Origin: Leptospira sp.
GTDB taxonomy: Bacteria; Spirochaetota; Leptospiria; Leptospirales; Leptospiraceae
Length of the DNA: 64,000 bases
Assembly (NCBI GenBank): GCA_034439575.1
Contig: JAWXAQ010000035.1
Span: 64,001 to 128,000 of the forward strand
Reading direction: 5' to 3'
A program made the position numbers and the translations under genes. Below the pieces are notes generated by a model. That model made no database searches, was not told where the DNA came from, and was given only the letters and a program-made list of their open reading frames with translations. Within the stretch, counting starts at the first letter, position 1. Every line of letters begins with the position of its first letter. Shown piece after piece: positions 50,246-61,049 of this stretch.

Positions 50246-52252
50246 TTGGAATCAGACGATAAAATCAAAAAAAAAATTAAATTCCTTACTAAAGAGATTC
50301 TTTCGCATAACGAAAGATACTATAAAGAAAATAATCCCATTATTCCAGACCAAGAATATGATTCACTCTTAAGTGAATTAAAATCTCTGGAAGAACAATA
50401 TCCACAATGGATTCAAAAAAACTCACCCACAAAAGCTATAGGCTCTGATCTCTCAAATCAATTTACTAAATTTAAACATGAGGTGCCTGTTCTTTCATTA
50501 GATAATACATACAATACTGAGGAACTTTCGGATTGGATAGAAAAAACAGGCTCAGAACTCGAATATTCATTGGAATGGAAAATTGATGGCGCTTCCATTT
50601 TGTTATATTATGTGGACGGAAAGTTGTCCAATTGTGTCACCAGGGGAACTGGTGGTATTGGAGATATTGTTACAGAAAATGTAAAAACCATTAAATCAAT
50701 CCCTCACACCCTATCAGGCAATTTAACGCTTGCTGTGCGAGGTGAAATCTTTATGAATTTTTCTGATTTTGAAGAATTTAATGAAGAGTATGGGGGGAAA
50801 TTTGCTAATCCCAGAAATTTATCTGCAGGCTCAATCAAACACAAAGATCCGAACGAAGTCGCCAAACGTCCATTAAGGATTTTCGTCTACGATGCATATC
50901 TAGGAAAAGGACGAAAAGGATTCCACACACACCAAGACATTTTAAACCTTTTAAAAAAAGAAAAATTTCCCCTGGCACCAGATACGAAATTTATTTCGGG
51001 AAATAAATTAATCAAAATAATCGATGAATTTAAAAGCAAAAAAGATAAAATGCCGTTTCCAATTGATGGATTGGTGATTAAATTAAATTCACTTGAAAAA
51101 AGAGAATCCCTCGGCGAAACTTCGCAATCTCCCAGATGGGCAAGAGCATTTAAATTTGATGCTTTGATGAAAGAAACCGAAATCGAAGAAATTGATTTTG
51201 CGATTGGCCGAACGGGAAAAATCACTCCAAGAGCCAAAGTAACTCCTACACTTCTAGCTGGAACAACTGTTACTTATGCAACATTACATAACCAAGACTA
51301 CATTGACGCATTGGGTGCAGGAATCGGCGCCAAAGTTTTAATTTCGAAACGTGGTGAAATCATTCCTGCTGTGGAAAAGGTAATTTCGCCTCCTCCGAAT
51401 GGAGTTTTTAAACTTCCAAGTAAGTGTCCTTCTTGTAATACAAAATTAGTAAAGGTTGATGAATCCGTTGATTTCTTTTGTACAAATAGACATTGCCCTG
51501 AAAGAGAAAAGAATACTCTTATATTCTATTGTTCTAAAAAACAAATGAACATAGAAGGATTAGGCGAAAAACAAATTGAATCCTTTTATAACAAACAATG
51601 GATTCATTCTATCATTGATTTATATAAACTGCATAAACGACGTTCCGAACTTATCGTCTTAGACGGATTTGGTGAAAAATCGGTTGAAATTATATTATCT
51701 GGCATCGAAAAATCCAAAGAAAAAGATTTTCGATTTACCTTACCATCCTTGGGATTGAATGAGATTGGGCCGAAAGTAACAGAAGTCCTTATTGAAAATG
51801 GTTTGGATTCTTGGGATAAAATTGTAGCTGTTTGCAAGAAAAAAGATGCTGAATCAGAACTTTCTGAAATCCACGGTATTGGTCCTAGAACTATAAAAGC
51901 GCTACTTTTTTATACAAAAGATAAAGAAACAAATAAGTTAATCAAAGAATTGATTTCTGTCGGAGTTAAATTTACAACCGATGAAAGGGAAAAGAGCGAG
52001 TTACAACCGTTTATTGGTCAATCTTGGTGTGTGACAGGTAGTTTCGAAAACTTCCAACCCAGAGATAAAGCGATGGATATCATCACAAAACATGGCGGCC
52101 GAAAAGTTTCCGCCGTGTCCTCTAAAACCACACACCTGCTATATGGTCCAGGTGCGGGTTCAAAATTAGATAAAGCTCAAGAGCTAGGAATTAAAACTTT
52201 AAATGAAGAAGAGTTTATAAAATACCTAACGCAAGAGGGAATTTCATTTTAG
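50246..52252 (+). CDS. ligA: NAD-dependent DNA ligase
   Basis: EWKIDG (KxDG), TRGTG, RGE, FANPRN, Cys4 zinc finger, BRCT; TTG start. Confidence 0.97.
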   Translation: MESDDKIKKKIKFLTKEILSHNERYYKENNPIIPDQEYDSLLSELKSLEEQYPQWIQKNSPTKAIGSDLSNQFTKFKHEVPVLSLDNTYNTEELSDWIEKTGSELEYSLEWKIDGASILLYYVDGKLSNCVTRGTGGIGDIVTENVKTIKSIPHTLSGNLTLAVRGEIFMNFSDFEEFNEEYGGKFANPRNLSAGSIKHKDPNEVAKRPLRIFVYDAYLGKGRKGFHTHQDILNLLKKEKFPLAPDTKFISGNKLIKIIDEFKSKKDKMPFPIDGLVIKLNSLEKRESLGETSQSPRWARAFKFDALMKETEIEEIDFAIGRTGKITPRAKVTPTLLAGTTVTYATLHNQDYIDALGAGIGAKVLISKRGEIIPAVEKVISPPPNGVFKLPSKCPSCNTKLVKVDESVDFFCTNRHCPEREKNTLIFYCSKKQMNIEGLGEKQIESFYNKQWIHSIIDLYKLHKRRSELIVLDGFGEKSVEIILSGIEKSKEKDFRFTLPSLGLNEIGPKVTEVLIENGLDSWDKIVAVCKKKDAESELSEIHGIGPRTIKALLFYTKDKETNKLIKELISVGVKFTTDEREKSELQPFIGQSWCVTGSFENFQPRDKAMDIITKHGGRKVSAVSSKTTHLLYGPGAGSKLDKAQELGIKTLNEEEFIKYLTQEGISF

Positions 52253-52860
52253 TTTTTACATTTCTTATTTAACTTTGAGATTACTTTAAATTCTACATCA
52301 GGCCAAAGTTTACTTTGACCATCTTTTCCTTTATGAAGATCATTACATATTTCGTTTAATTTTTGTAATCCATTCCCAAGGCCTAAAATATTTATATCCA
52401 AACTTCCATTCATTTCGATTGTATCTGCATTGATTGAAAATTTTACAGGAAGAGATTGTTTTGTTTTTCCCAATTCTAAGTGAAGAGTCGCATCACCACT
52501 GTTTGTTCCGCTAATTTTCGAAAAAGAACCTTTGATTAGTGGGCTGTTCTTCAAAGAACCAAAAAAATATTTTTTAATTTTTTCATCTCGATCAGGGTTG
52601 TTTGAATTTACAGAATTTGTTTTAATGATAAATGACAATCCTTGCACGGTTCCTAAAATGGAATCCGCTTTCTTAGTTTTTGTCACAGTAAAATGATCAA
52701 AAGTTCCTTTGACACCTGTCCTTTCTGTAAATTTGAACGCTGTCCACTCAATTGTGGTTCCCTTCGGGTCAAATGAATACTTACAAGATTCATCAGCAAA
52801 CAAAGGCATATGGAACAAAATGAACACAAGTAGACATATTTTTAAAAATAAAAATTTCAT
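52249..52860 (-). CDS. YceI family protein
   Basis: Signal peptide, WTAFK, VKGTF, SVNSNNPDRDEKI..YFF. Confidence 0.8.
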   Translation of the reverse strand: MKFLFLKICLLVFILFHMPLFADESCKYSFDPKGTTIEWTAFKFTERTGVKGTFDHFTVTKTKKADSILGTVQGLSFIIKTNSVNSNNPDRDEKIKKYFFGSLKNSPLIKGSFSKISGTNSGDATLHLELGKTKQSLPVKFSINADTIEMNGSLDINILGLGNGLQKLNEICNDLHKGKDGQSKLWPDVEFKVISKLNKKCKN

Positions 52861-52937
52861 TAAAAATCCCCTTTGCCTAAATAGAAAATTCGATCATTCA
52901 TTTGTCAACATCAGTCTAATCAGAGAAAAAAAAATGC

Positions 52938-55169
52938 ATGCTAAATATTATACAAAATCTTATCAAAAGTTTCTTTAACGAATTTTTATTTCGCAAAAAG
53001 GATGAGCTTCAATATCATTCGAATGAAGAAGAAAAAATACATTCGGTCTTCGCTTACCTTGCAGAAATAAATAAACAAAATACAAAGCCGAGTCATGGAT
53101 TACAATTTATTAGGAGCTATAAAAATAGATTTCCTAAAATAAATTTGGAAAACTATGAAGAGTTTTTGTCAGAAGTATCGGTACATTTTAGCCTTCGTCT
53201 CAATACTGTTAGTAAGAGTTTAGAAGAAATTCGCAATTATGTTACGCCAGATTCTCCTTTTCTAATTTTTTATCCAGATACATTTAGTGAGACATTAGAT
53301 GTTTATTCCATCACTTCGTACCATGCAGGTGCATATAAAATTTCAAAAATCAATGAAAGTTATCACGAAGAATGGATTTCAGAAAAAGACATATTATCAA
53401 AATTTAATATAGGAAATTCCAAAGAAAAAATAAAGTGGATCGTTAGCGAACCGTTATATGCTTTTTCAAATAAAAAACAGCATAATGTTAGCCATTTAAA
53501 AAATGCCATCAACCAAATCATTCACCTGATTCGGCTGGAAAAAAGAGATATTTGGATTATTTTTATATATGGTGTAGGAATAGGAATACTTTCTTTAGTC
53601 ATTCCTATTGCTACATCATCTCTAGTTAATATAGTTTCTTTTGGTGTATTAATACAACCCGTCATCGTACTCACATTACTCGTTGTATTCTTTTTGGGAT
53701 TTGCAGGAACTATGCAAGTCATTCAAACCTATGTTGTAGAAATATTACAGAGGCGCGTCTTTGTTCGCATAGCAACAGAATTTGCGGCAAAATTTCCAAG
53801 AATTAAACAAGAAGCGTTTCAGAATTATCACAAACCTGAGCTTGCGAATCGATTTTTTGATACTATGACCATACAAAAATCTATAAACACTTTATTAGTA
53901 GATGGATTATCCGTCGTACTAACAACGATTATTGGATTTTTACTCATTGGAATTTATCATCCTGTATTTTTAGTATTCGATTTTTTTATACTAATTATTG
54001 GCGGATATTATATTATCTATAAAATGGGAAAGGCATCTGCTACTTCTTATTTAAATGTCTCTAAAGAAAAATACAAAGTTGCGGCATGGATTGAAGAAAT
54101 CGCCAGACACTCAGCGACTTTCCATTCCAATTTAGGATCAAGATTTGGACTGAATAAAGCTGACTTCTTAGTTAGAGATTATATATTCGCTAGAGATAAA
54201 TATTTCAAAAACCTCATTCGCCAAATTATAGGTTTGATTATTTTGCAGGCCATTGCCAGTGCCATCGTACTGGGATTAGGTGGGTATTTAGTCATTCATC
54301 GCCAACTAACAATTGGCCAATTAGTCGCAGCTGAATTGGTGATTGCGAAAGTTTTAAGTGATATTTCGAAATTTGGAAAACAATTGGATAGTTTTTATAC
54401 TTTCATCGCTGCCGTAGACAAAATAGACGAAGTATTCCAATTGCCACTTTTAAAAACGGGAAACATTCCATTTATTCCTACTGAAAAACCAATCGAAGTG
54501 GAGTTATCAAATATTTATTATACGCCACCAAATCAATTCGAACTATTTTCGAACTTATCATTCAATATGAAATCAAAATCAGCAACTGGTTTAAAATTTT
54601 CCAATCCTTTTGAAGCCAGTGTGCTTTTGGATTTGATTTCATCCATTCGTGCACCTGACAAAGGAACGGTGTATTTTGACAAACAAGACATTTACGAAAC
54701 CGATTTTCTTACGAATCATGATGATTGTATATTAATCCGAGGAAATGAAATTTTTGAAGGCAGTATATTAGAAAATTTATGTTTAGGAAATGACAATATT
54801 TCATTAATAGAAATAAGAGAGCTCCTAGAAAAATTAAACTTTTGGAATGTGATAAATCAATTGGCAGACGGACTTCATTCCAAATTACAAACCTTTGGTT
54901 ATCCATTAAATACTGTGAATAAAAGTATGTTACAAATAACCCGTGCCATCCTTTGTTCACCAAGGTTACTTATGATAGACCAAACTTTGGACGGCTTACC
55001 TTCAGAATTCCTAGATCCTGCTTTAAAAATTCTGCTCGGTAAAGATCGCAATTGGACATTGATCGTCTCTTCCAAATCAAATCAAATTCTTTCGCGTATG
55101 GATCAAATTCTAAGTTTTGAAAATACGACAAATGTAGTTAAGTTAAATTCCAAAAAAGGGGGTGTTTAA
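52938..55169 (+). CDS. Type I secretion-like ABC exporter (N-terminal extension, TMD, degenerate NBD)
   Basis: ABC TMD (ELANRFFD, LTIGQLVAAEL); NBD scaffold IFEGSILENL...RAILCSPRLLMID, with Walker A and signature motifs lost. Confidence 0.85.
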   Translation: MLNIIQNLIKSFFNEFLFRKKDELQYHSNEEEKIHSVFAYLAEINKQNTKPSHGLQFIRSYKNRFPKINLENYEEFLSEVSVHFSLRLNTVSKSLEEIRNYVTPDSPFLIFYPDTFSETLDVYSITSYHAGAYKISKINESYHEEWISEKDILSKFNIGNSKEKIKWIVSEPLYAFSNKKQHNVSHLKNAINQIIHLIRLEKRDIWIIFIYGVGIGILSLVIPIATSSLVNIVSFGVLIQPVIVLTLLVVFFLGFAGTMQVIQTYVVEILQRRVFVRIATEFAAKFPRIKQEAFQNYHKPELANRFFDTMTIQKSINTLLVDGLSVVLTTIIGFLLIGIYHPVFLVFDFFILIIGGYYIIYKMGKASATSYLNVSKEKYKVAAWIEEIARHSATFHSNLGSRFGLNKADFLVRDYIFARDKYFKNLIRQIIGLIILQAIASAIVLGLGGYLVIHRQLTIGQLVAAELVIAKVLSDISKFGKQLDSFYTFIAAVDKIDEVFQLPLLKTGNIPFIPTEKPIEVELSNIYYTPPNQFELFSNLSFNMKSKSATGLKFSNPFEASVLLDLISSIRAPDKGTVYFDKQDIYETDFLTNHDDCILIRGNEIFEGSILENLCLGNDNISLIEIRELLEKLNFWNVINQLADGLHSKLQTFGYPLNTVNKSMLQITRAILCSPRLLMIDQTLDGLPSEFLDPALKILLGKDRNWTLIVSSKSNQILSRMDQILSFENTTNVVKLNSKKGGV

Positions 55170-55170
55170 C

Positions 55171-56502
55171 ATGTTACCAACTAAATGGAATTTCAAAGAA
55201 ACTCTTCCTGCTTATAGATTGGTGCAGACCGCCAAACCTGCGCAGTCCTTAGCTTATATTTTATTTGTACTCTTTTTTATCACAATTATGATTCTTGCAT
55301 TTTTGCCTTGGCAACAAACAACTATGGGTTTCGGAAGAGTGGTTGCATATGCGCCTTTTGATCGCCAACAGCTAATAGAATCTCCGATTAACGGACGTGT
55401 TGTGAAGTGGCATGTCCATGAAGGTAGTAAAGTTAGAAAGGGTGACCCGATCATAGATATATCTGACAATGATCCAGATTTTATAAATCGGATTAGAGAA
55501 GAAAAAAATGCTCTCCTCCAAAGATTGGAAGCGGCAAAATCCCGTGAAGAAAGTTTACGTTCCAGAATCCTATCTTTAAGGTCTTCAAGAGGAAATGCTG
55601 TTGATGCCGCAGATTCTAGACGCATGATGGCAAAGGATAGAGTGAGAGCCAGCGAACAGGCAGTAGATGCTGCGAGGGCAACACTCAAAACAGCAACGAT
55701 CAACTTGGAACGTCAAAAACAATTATTAGAAAAAGGTTTAACTTCAAAACGAAATTTAGAACTAGCCGAATTAGAACATACAACAGCTTATACTGGACTC
55801 GACCGATCCAAAGCAAATTACGAAGCGGCAGTTAAAGAAGAGAGAGCATTAAATTCAGATACTGGAAAAGTAACTCAAGATGCAGAAGCCGCAATCAATG
55901 ATGCACGAGCTTCACTGGCTTCTGCTCAATCGGAAGTGGCACGTGTTTTAGAAGAATTACCGAGACTAGAAGCAAGATTATCTAGACAACAAAATCAGGA
56001 AGTATTTGCTCCTCGTGATGGAACTGTTATGCGAATATTAGTAAATCCAGATACCCAACAAGTTAAAGAGGGTGATGGTGTCGCATTAATTGTTCCTGAA
56101 TCAGAAGACAAAGCCGTAGAATTGTTTATATCAGGAAATGATATCCCCTTAATTAGTGAAGGTAGAAAAGTGAGATTACAATTCCAAGGATATCCCGTTT
56201 TACAATTGAGTGGTTGGCCTGAAATGGCGGTAGGTACATTTGGAGGAGTCGTCAAGTTAGTCGATGTTTCAGATAATGGATCGGGTAACTTTAGAGTTCT
56301 GATCATACCAGATTATCAAGATAGAAAGTGGCCATCAGAAAGGTTTTTACGCCAAGGGGTACGTGTAAAAGGATGGATTTTTCTCAATCGTGTCAGCATA
56401 GGTTTTGAACTGTGGCGAAGGTTTAATGATTTTCCTCCTATGTTACCTATGGATGATCCAGAAATAAAAATGTTATTAGATGAAAATAAGGCAAAGAAAT
56501 GA
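55171..56502 (+). CDS. HlyD family membrane fusion protein
   Basis: Single TM, PWQQT..G.G, SPINGRV...V.EG..V.KGD, long coiled coil, APRDG; ATG 55171 follows a GGGGG RBS. Confidence 0.92.
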   Translation: MLPTKWNFKETLPAYRLVQTAKPAQSLAYILFVLFFITIMILAFLPWQQTTMGFGRVVAYAPFDRQQLIESPINGRVVKWHVHEGSKVRKGDPIIDISDNDPDFINRIREEKNALLQRLEAAKSREESLRSRILSLRSSRGNAVDAADSRRMMAKDRVRASEQAVDAARATLKTATINLERQKQLLEKGLTSKRNLELAELEHTTAYTGLDRSKANYEAAVKEERALNSDTGKVTQDAEAAINDARASLASAQSEVARVLEELPRLEARLSRQQNQEVFAPRDGTVMRILVNPDTQQVKEGDGVALIVPESEDKAVELFISGNDIPLISEGRKVRLQFQGYPVLQLSGWPEMAVGTFGGVVKLVDVSDNGSGNFRVLIIPDYQDRKWPSERFLRQGVRVKGWIFLNRVSIGFELWRRFNDFPPMLPMDDPEIKMLLDENKAKK

Positions 56503-58001
56503 ATCATTGGTTTAAATTTCTTTTTTCAACATTCTTTATACTTCCGTTTACATTGTTATTTGGAGAGGTTGAAGTTGATCCCAAACGAAAAGATTCACTC
56601 CAAAATATGTTCACACCAAATATATTTTCTGAAGATTATATCAATAAACAGCCAGGTGTTCTTACTTTAAGTGAACTTTTGCGATCAGTAGAAAAATCAT
56701 ACCCTCTAGTCCTTGCCGCTGAAAAATTATTATCTGAAGCTGAGTACAATTATCTCGCCGCAGAAGGTGCTTTTGATTTACAATTTAAATCTCTTGGGAC
56801 TACAAAACCCCTTGGATACTACCAAAACAATGCATCTGATTCTTTCTTTGAAAAGCCAACTCCGTTAGGTGGAACTTCCTTTTTTGCAGGATATAGAATT
56901 GGTCGCGGAAAATTTCCTGCCTATGATGGAAGGCGAGAGACAAATGATTATGGCGAAGTAAGAGCAGGTGCAATTGTTCCACTCATACGTAATCGTGAAA
57001 TCGATAAAAATCGTGCTGATATCAAAAAAGCAGACATTGATCGAAAATTGGCAGAGCTATCTATCCAAAAACTCAAAATAGAAATAGTAAGAGAGGCCAC
57101 ACGTAGGTATTGGAAATGGGTGGCTTCGGGCCAAGAATATTTGGTCTACAAAGACTTACTTGCGATAGCGAAAGTTAGACAAAGCCAAATTTCAGAGAGA
57201 ATCAAGTTAGGCGACTTACCGAGAATCGAAGGGACTGACAATGATAGAGCTATATTACAAAGGGAATCACAATTAGTATCCGCAGAACGTGAGTTACAAA
57301 AATCGGCCATCGATCTTTCCTTATTTTTAAGAACCCCTGATGGTACAATGATTCTACCCAAAGAAAGTTCTCTGCCCATAGGATTTCCAAATCCTCTTTC
57401 CATCAACTCACTTCAATTAGATGAATCAATCAGAAAGGCTTGGAAATTTAGACCTGAACTTGCAGACTTTGAATTCAAACGAAACAAAGTGAGCATTGAT
57501 CGTGAGCTTGGTTACAATTCGGCAAAACCACAAGTTGATTTAGTAGTGGCAACTTCACAAGATTTTGGACCTGGATCTGTAACAAGAGCAAAGCCAGAAT
57601 TGGAAGCTTCACTAGTATTGAATCTTCCCATACAAACAAAACGTCCGCGTGGACAAATTGGCGCAGCCGAAGCAAAACTGGCACAACTTGATCAAGAATT
57701 ACAATTTGCAAAAGATAAAATTTCCACAGAAGTCCAAGATGCCATTTCGGAAGTAAATACTTCGTCCAAACGTGTTGATATGTCGAAAGCAGAAGTAGAG
57801 CTTGCGAAAAAAATCGAAGAATTAGAGAGAGATCGCTTTTTTTTAGGAGATTCTAATTTGTTAATTGTGAATATTCGAGAACAAACATCTTCCGAAGCTT
57901 CGATCCGAGAAATCAAAGCCTTACTTGATCATCATACTTCAGTAGCAAATTATAAAGCAGCCATTGCAAGTGTATTACAAAACTCGGAAGTACACGAGTA
58001 A
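56499..58001 (+). CDS. TolC family outer membrane protein
   Basis: Signal peptide, two helical/beta repeats, RF.LGDS.LL.VN.RE; follows the ABC and MFP genes with an ATGA overlap. Confidence 0.88.
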   Translation: MNHWFKFLFSTFFILPFTLLFGEVEVDPKRKDSLQNMFTPNIFSEDYINKQPGVLTLSELLRSVEKSYPLVLAAEKLLSEAEYNYLAAEGAFDLQFKSLGTTKPLGYYQNNASDSFFEKPTPLGGTSFFAGYRIGRGKFPAYDGRRETNDYGEVRAGAIVPLIRNREIDKNRADIKKADIDRKLAELSIQKLKIEIVREATRRYWKWVASGQEYLVYKDLLAIAKVRQSQISERIKLGDLPRIEGTDNDRAILQRESQLVSAERELQKSAIDLSLFLRTPDGTMILPKESSLPIGFPNPLSINSLQLDESIRKAWKFRPELADFEFKRNKVSIDRELGYNSAKPQVDLVVATSQDFGPGSVTRAKPELEASLVLNLPIQTKRPRGQIGAAEAKLAQLDQELQFAKDKISTEVQDAISEVNTSSKRVDMSKAEVELAKKIEELERDRFFLGDSNLLIVNIREQTSSEASIREIKALLDHHTSVANYKAAIASVLQNSEVHE

Positions 58002-58068
58002 AACAGAAACTACATCAAAATAAAAAACGACTTTCGCTCCTTGCTTAGTCTTAAAAAATCTTCCACAT

Positions 58069-59763
58069 ATGCATGGTGAAGAATCCTTATTAACAGACAT
58101 TGGTTTAAGTATTATTTTTGCAACTGTCCTAAGTCATGTGGCACGAGTATTAAAGCAACCTTTGATTCTAGGATACATAATCGGGGGAGTACTTCTTGGC
58201 CAAGAAATGGGATTTTCTTTAGTCACTAATGAAGCTTCCGTAGAATTGATTTCAGAAATTGGTCTCATTTTACTACTCTTTATCATCGGTCTTGAAATCA
58301 ATCTTGCCGAACTTGCGAAAATGGGTAAGGCCATGTTCTTACTTGGAACCTTACAGTTCACACTCTCTGTTGCATTTATATATTCCGTTTTTCCTTTTCT
58401 TGGATTGCCAATTGGTGGAGAAAAATTTGACCTTCTATACATAGCCGTTGCTCTATCACTCAGCTCTACATTAATCGTTGTTAAGTTACTTCAAGACAAA
58501 GTCGAAATTAACACACTTTCAGGAAAACTCACAGTCGGGGTACTCGTATTCCAAGATATTTGGGCGATCCTTTTTATGGGTGTTCAACCTAACCTCAATA
58601 ACCCAGAAATTCTAAAAATCCTCGCATCGATCGGTAAGATCGTAGTCATATTAATCGCTAGTTTCAGCATAAGTAAGTATTTTCTTGCACGATTATACAA
58701 AGCATGTGCCAGTAGCCCCGAACTTATCCTTTTAACATCTATTATGTGGTGTTTTACGATATGCGGAGTCGCTGGTGAAGTTGGTTTATCAAAAGAAATG
58801 GGTGCCTTAGTCGCTGGTATGAGTATCGCGGCTTTTCCTTACGGTGCAGATGTTATTTCTAAGTTAATTGGTATACGAGATTTTTTTGTGACTCTATTCT
58901 TTGTAGCCTTAGGACTGAAAGTTCCTATGCCAAATCTCCAAGTCGTCGCTATATCTTTTGCTTTTATCATACTTATGTTTATTGTCAGAATTCTTAGCAT
59001 TGCACCAGTTATTATTAGTTTGAAAAAAGGTGTTCGAAATGGATTTTTGACTTCACTTAACTTAGCTCAGATTTCTGAATTTTCACTCGTAATCATGGCA
59101 CTTGGTGTAGGTTTTGATCACATAACACCTCAACTAAAAGCGACCATCCTTACATCTACTATCATTGCCTCTGTAGTTTCAACTTACGTGATTATGTTCA
59201 ATCATCCAATAGCGGCAGTTCTGACTCGATGGTTAGCAAAATTTGGCATTACTGATCAATCAGTAGAAGAAAAAACTGCGGATGGAGCTCACGGACATGC
59301 TGCTGGACATGGTCATGGTGAAGTTAGAGATATCATAGTTCTCGGTTACTTTCGAATTGCCAGAGCATTTGTAAGTTATGTGGTGGATCTTTCTCCTTCA
59401 CTTACAAAACGGATCATCATCGCCGATTATAATCCTGCTTTTAAAGATGAGTTAACAAACCAAGGATTCAAATGGGCCTACGCAGACCTTGCACATCCAG
59501 AGTCCCTCACTCATATCGGTCTTCATGATGCGTCGATGGTAATTTGTACGATTTCAGATAGTTTTTTAAAAGGCACAAATAACGCACGTTTACTGGCAAC
59601 TTTAGGTAAACTTGCTCCAAATGCAAAGATAGTTTTAACTTCTGACGAACCAGATGATGCTAAAAAATTGGTCATTGATGGAGCGAATAAAGTAATCGTG
59701 CCAGGTGTGATCACTGGAGAATTCCTTTATGACTATATCGCATCTGGAATGCGCAAAGTATAG
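58069..59763 (+). CDS. Cation:proton antiporter (CPA2/Kef-like) with a C-terminal RCK/TrkA-N domain
   Basis: KQPLILGY, LFIIGLE, LSST, LVFQD, FFVALG, QISEFS. Confidence 0.92.
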   Translation: MHGEESLLTDIGLSIIFATVLSHVARVLKQPLILGYIIGGVLLGQEMGFSLVTNEASVELISEIGLILLLFIIGLEINLAELAKMGKAMFLLGTLQFTLSVAFIYSVFPFLGLPIGGEKFDLLYIAVALSLSSTLIVVKLLQDKVEINTLSGKLTVGVLVFQDIWAILFMGVQPNLNNPEILKILASIGKIVVILIASFSISKYFLARLYKACASSPELILLTSIMWCFTICGVAGEVGLSKEMGALVAGMSIAAFPYGADVISKLIGIRDFFVTLFFVALGLKVPMPNLQVVAISFAFIILMFIVRILSIAPVIISLKKGVRNGFLTSLNLAQISEFSLVIMALGVGFDHITPQLKATILTSTIIASVVSTYVIMFNHPIAAVLTRWLAKFGITDQSVEEKTADGAHGHAAGHGHGEVRDIIVLGYFRIARAFVSYVVDLSPSLTKRIIIADYNPAFKDELTNQGFKWAYADLAHPESLTHIGLHDASMVICTISDSFLKGTNNARLLATLGKLAPNAKIVLTSDEPDDAKKLVIDGANKVIVPGVITGEFLYDYIASGMRKV

Positions 59764-59774
59764 CATAACAGGGG

Positions 59775-60518
59775 TTAGTTTAATAATCCTCTTTTTTTGA
59801 AATCAGCCCGAACGATCTCCAAATCTTCGGGTGTATCAACTCCAAGGCTCGCTTTTGATGCGGAAAAAACGCCGATTGTTTTTCCCGCTTGCATTGCTCT
59901 TAGCTGTTCTAGAGACTCACTTGCTTCCCAAGTAGACTTAGGTAAATCTTGATACGAAAGTAAAAAATCTCTCTCATAACAATAAATCCCTAAATGCCGG
60001 AAATAATCTGCATTGTTTTTAAAAGAGGCCGGAATCGGGGATCTGGAAAAATAATTTGCCTTTCCATTTCTATCAAACACAACTTTGACACGATTTGGAT
60101 CTTTCGGATCTTCCGTACTTAAAAAAGGAACTGCTGCAGTTGTCATTTCCCAGTTTGGGTGTTTTTGTTTTAATGCCACTATACCATCGATTAACTCACG
60201 CTCTATGCCTGGCTCATCACCTTGTATGTTTACGATGATTTGATAGTCGGATAATTGTTGACAAACTTCGATAAGGCGATCTGTTCCTGTTTGGTGGTCG
60301 ACACTCGTCATCACCACATTTCCACCAAATTTTAAAACAGCATTTTCAATTTCTTCATTATCCGTGGCAACGACCAAATGATCTAAACATGTCGCTGCTT
60401 TCGCATGAATATAAGTCCACTCAATCATGGACTTATTTCCTATTTGTGCAAGTGGTTTAGCAGGAAAACGTGTGCTCGCATACCTTGCCGGAATCACACC
60501 CAAAACTTTCTTTGTCAT
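59775..60518 (-). CDS. kdsB: 3-deoxy-manno-octulosonate cytidylyltransferase
   Basis: IPARYASTRFPAKPL, TGTDR, NIQGDEP, YFSRSPIP, ESLEQLRA. Confidence 0.95.
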   Translation of the reverse strand: MTKKVLGVIPARYASTRFPAKPLAQIGNKSMIEWTYIHAKAATCLDHLVVATDNEEIENAVLKFGGNVVMTSVDHQTGTDRLIEVCQQLSDYQIIVNIQGDEPGIERELIDGIVALKQKHPNWEMTTAAVPFLSTEDPKDPNRVKVVFDRNGKANYFSRSPIPASFKNNADYFRHLGIYCYERDFLLSYQDLPKSTWEASESLEQLRAMQAGKTIGVFSASKASLGVDTPEDLEIVRADFKKRGLLN

Positions 60519-60520
60519 TC

Positions 60521-61048
60521 TTAGTTAACTAAAAATTCTGTGAAATAAATTTCTTTAATTTTTCCATTCGTTAAAATGTGATTTAAATGAGCTTTTATCT
60601 CTTCGCGTAAATCCAATTGATTTGTTATACTCTTTAACTCATCTTTAGTTTTTCTTGCGATAACTAAGTTGATGATATTTTGCATTTGAGCAACACGAGT
60701 TGCAAGTTCTTGCGAAAGCGCAGGTTGACCTGATTCAAATCCCAATGACATTTTCAATTTAACAAAGTGAGACTCTCCAACATCAGAAGTATTCACTCGA
60801 AATTCTTCTTGGAATGTATAAATTTCCAATGGAGGAGGAGCTTTTACTAAGGAAATATTTTTCTGTTGTTTGAATACACTTGTAGCTGTTTTTTGTGCGA
60901 CAAACATTGATATAACGGTAACAATAATGATACCAAATATCGCGGCCGCAATGTACAACAACCACTTTACAATAGGAGACATCCCTGCTGCAGAGGGACT
61001 ACCTTCGGCTAACCCACCTTCTTCTTCATCTACTTCACGGTCACCCAT
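60521..61048 (-). CDS. fliL: Flagellar basal body-associated protein FliL
   Basis: One TM, F.VN, C-terminal IKEIYFTEF; directly downstream of motB. Confidence 0.9.
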   Translation of the reverse strand: MGDREVDEEEGGLAEGSPSAAGMSPIVKWLLYIAAAIFGIIIVTVISMFVAQKTATSVFKQQKNISLVKAPPPLEIYTFQEEFRVNTSDVGESHFVKLKMSLGFESGQPALSQELATRVAQMQNIINLVIARKTKDELKSITNQLDLREEIKAHLNHILTNGKIKEIYFTEFLVN

Positions 61049-61049
61049 G

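Noticed and set aside
59775-60518. Cytidylyltransferase as a CMP-nonulosonate synthetase feeding the Maf protein
   Set aside because: Motifs (TGTDR, NIQGDEP, YFSRSPIP, LEQLR) are those of KdsB, not NeuA/PseF.
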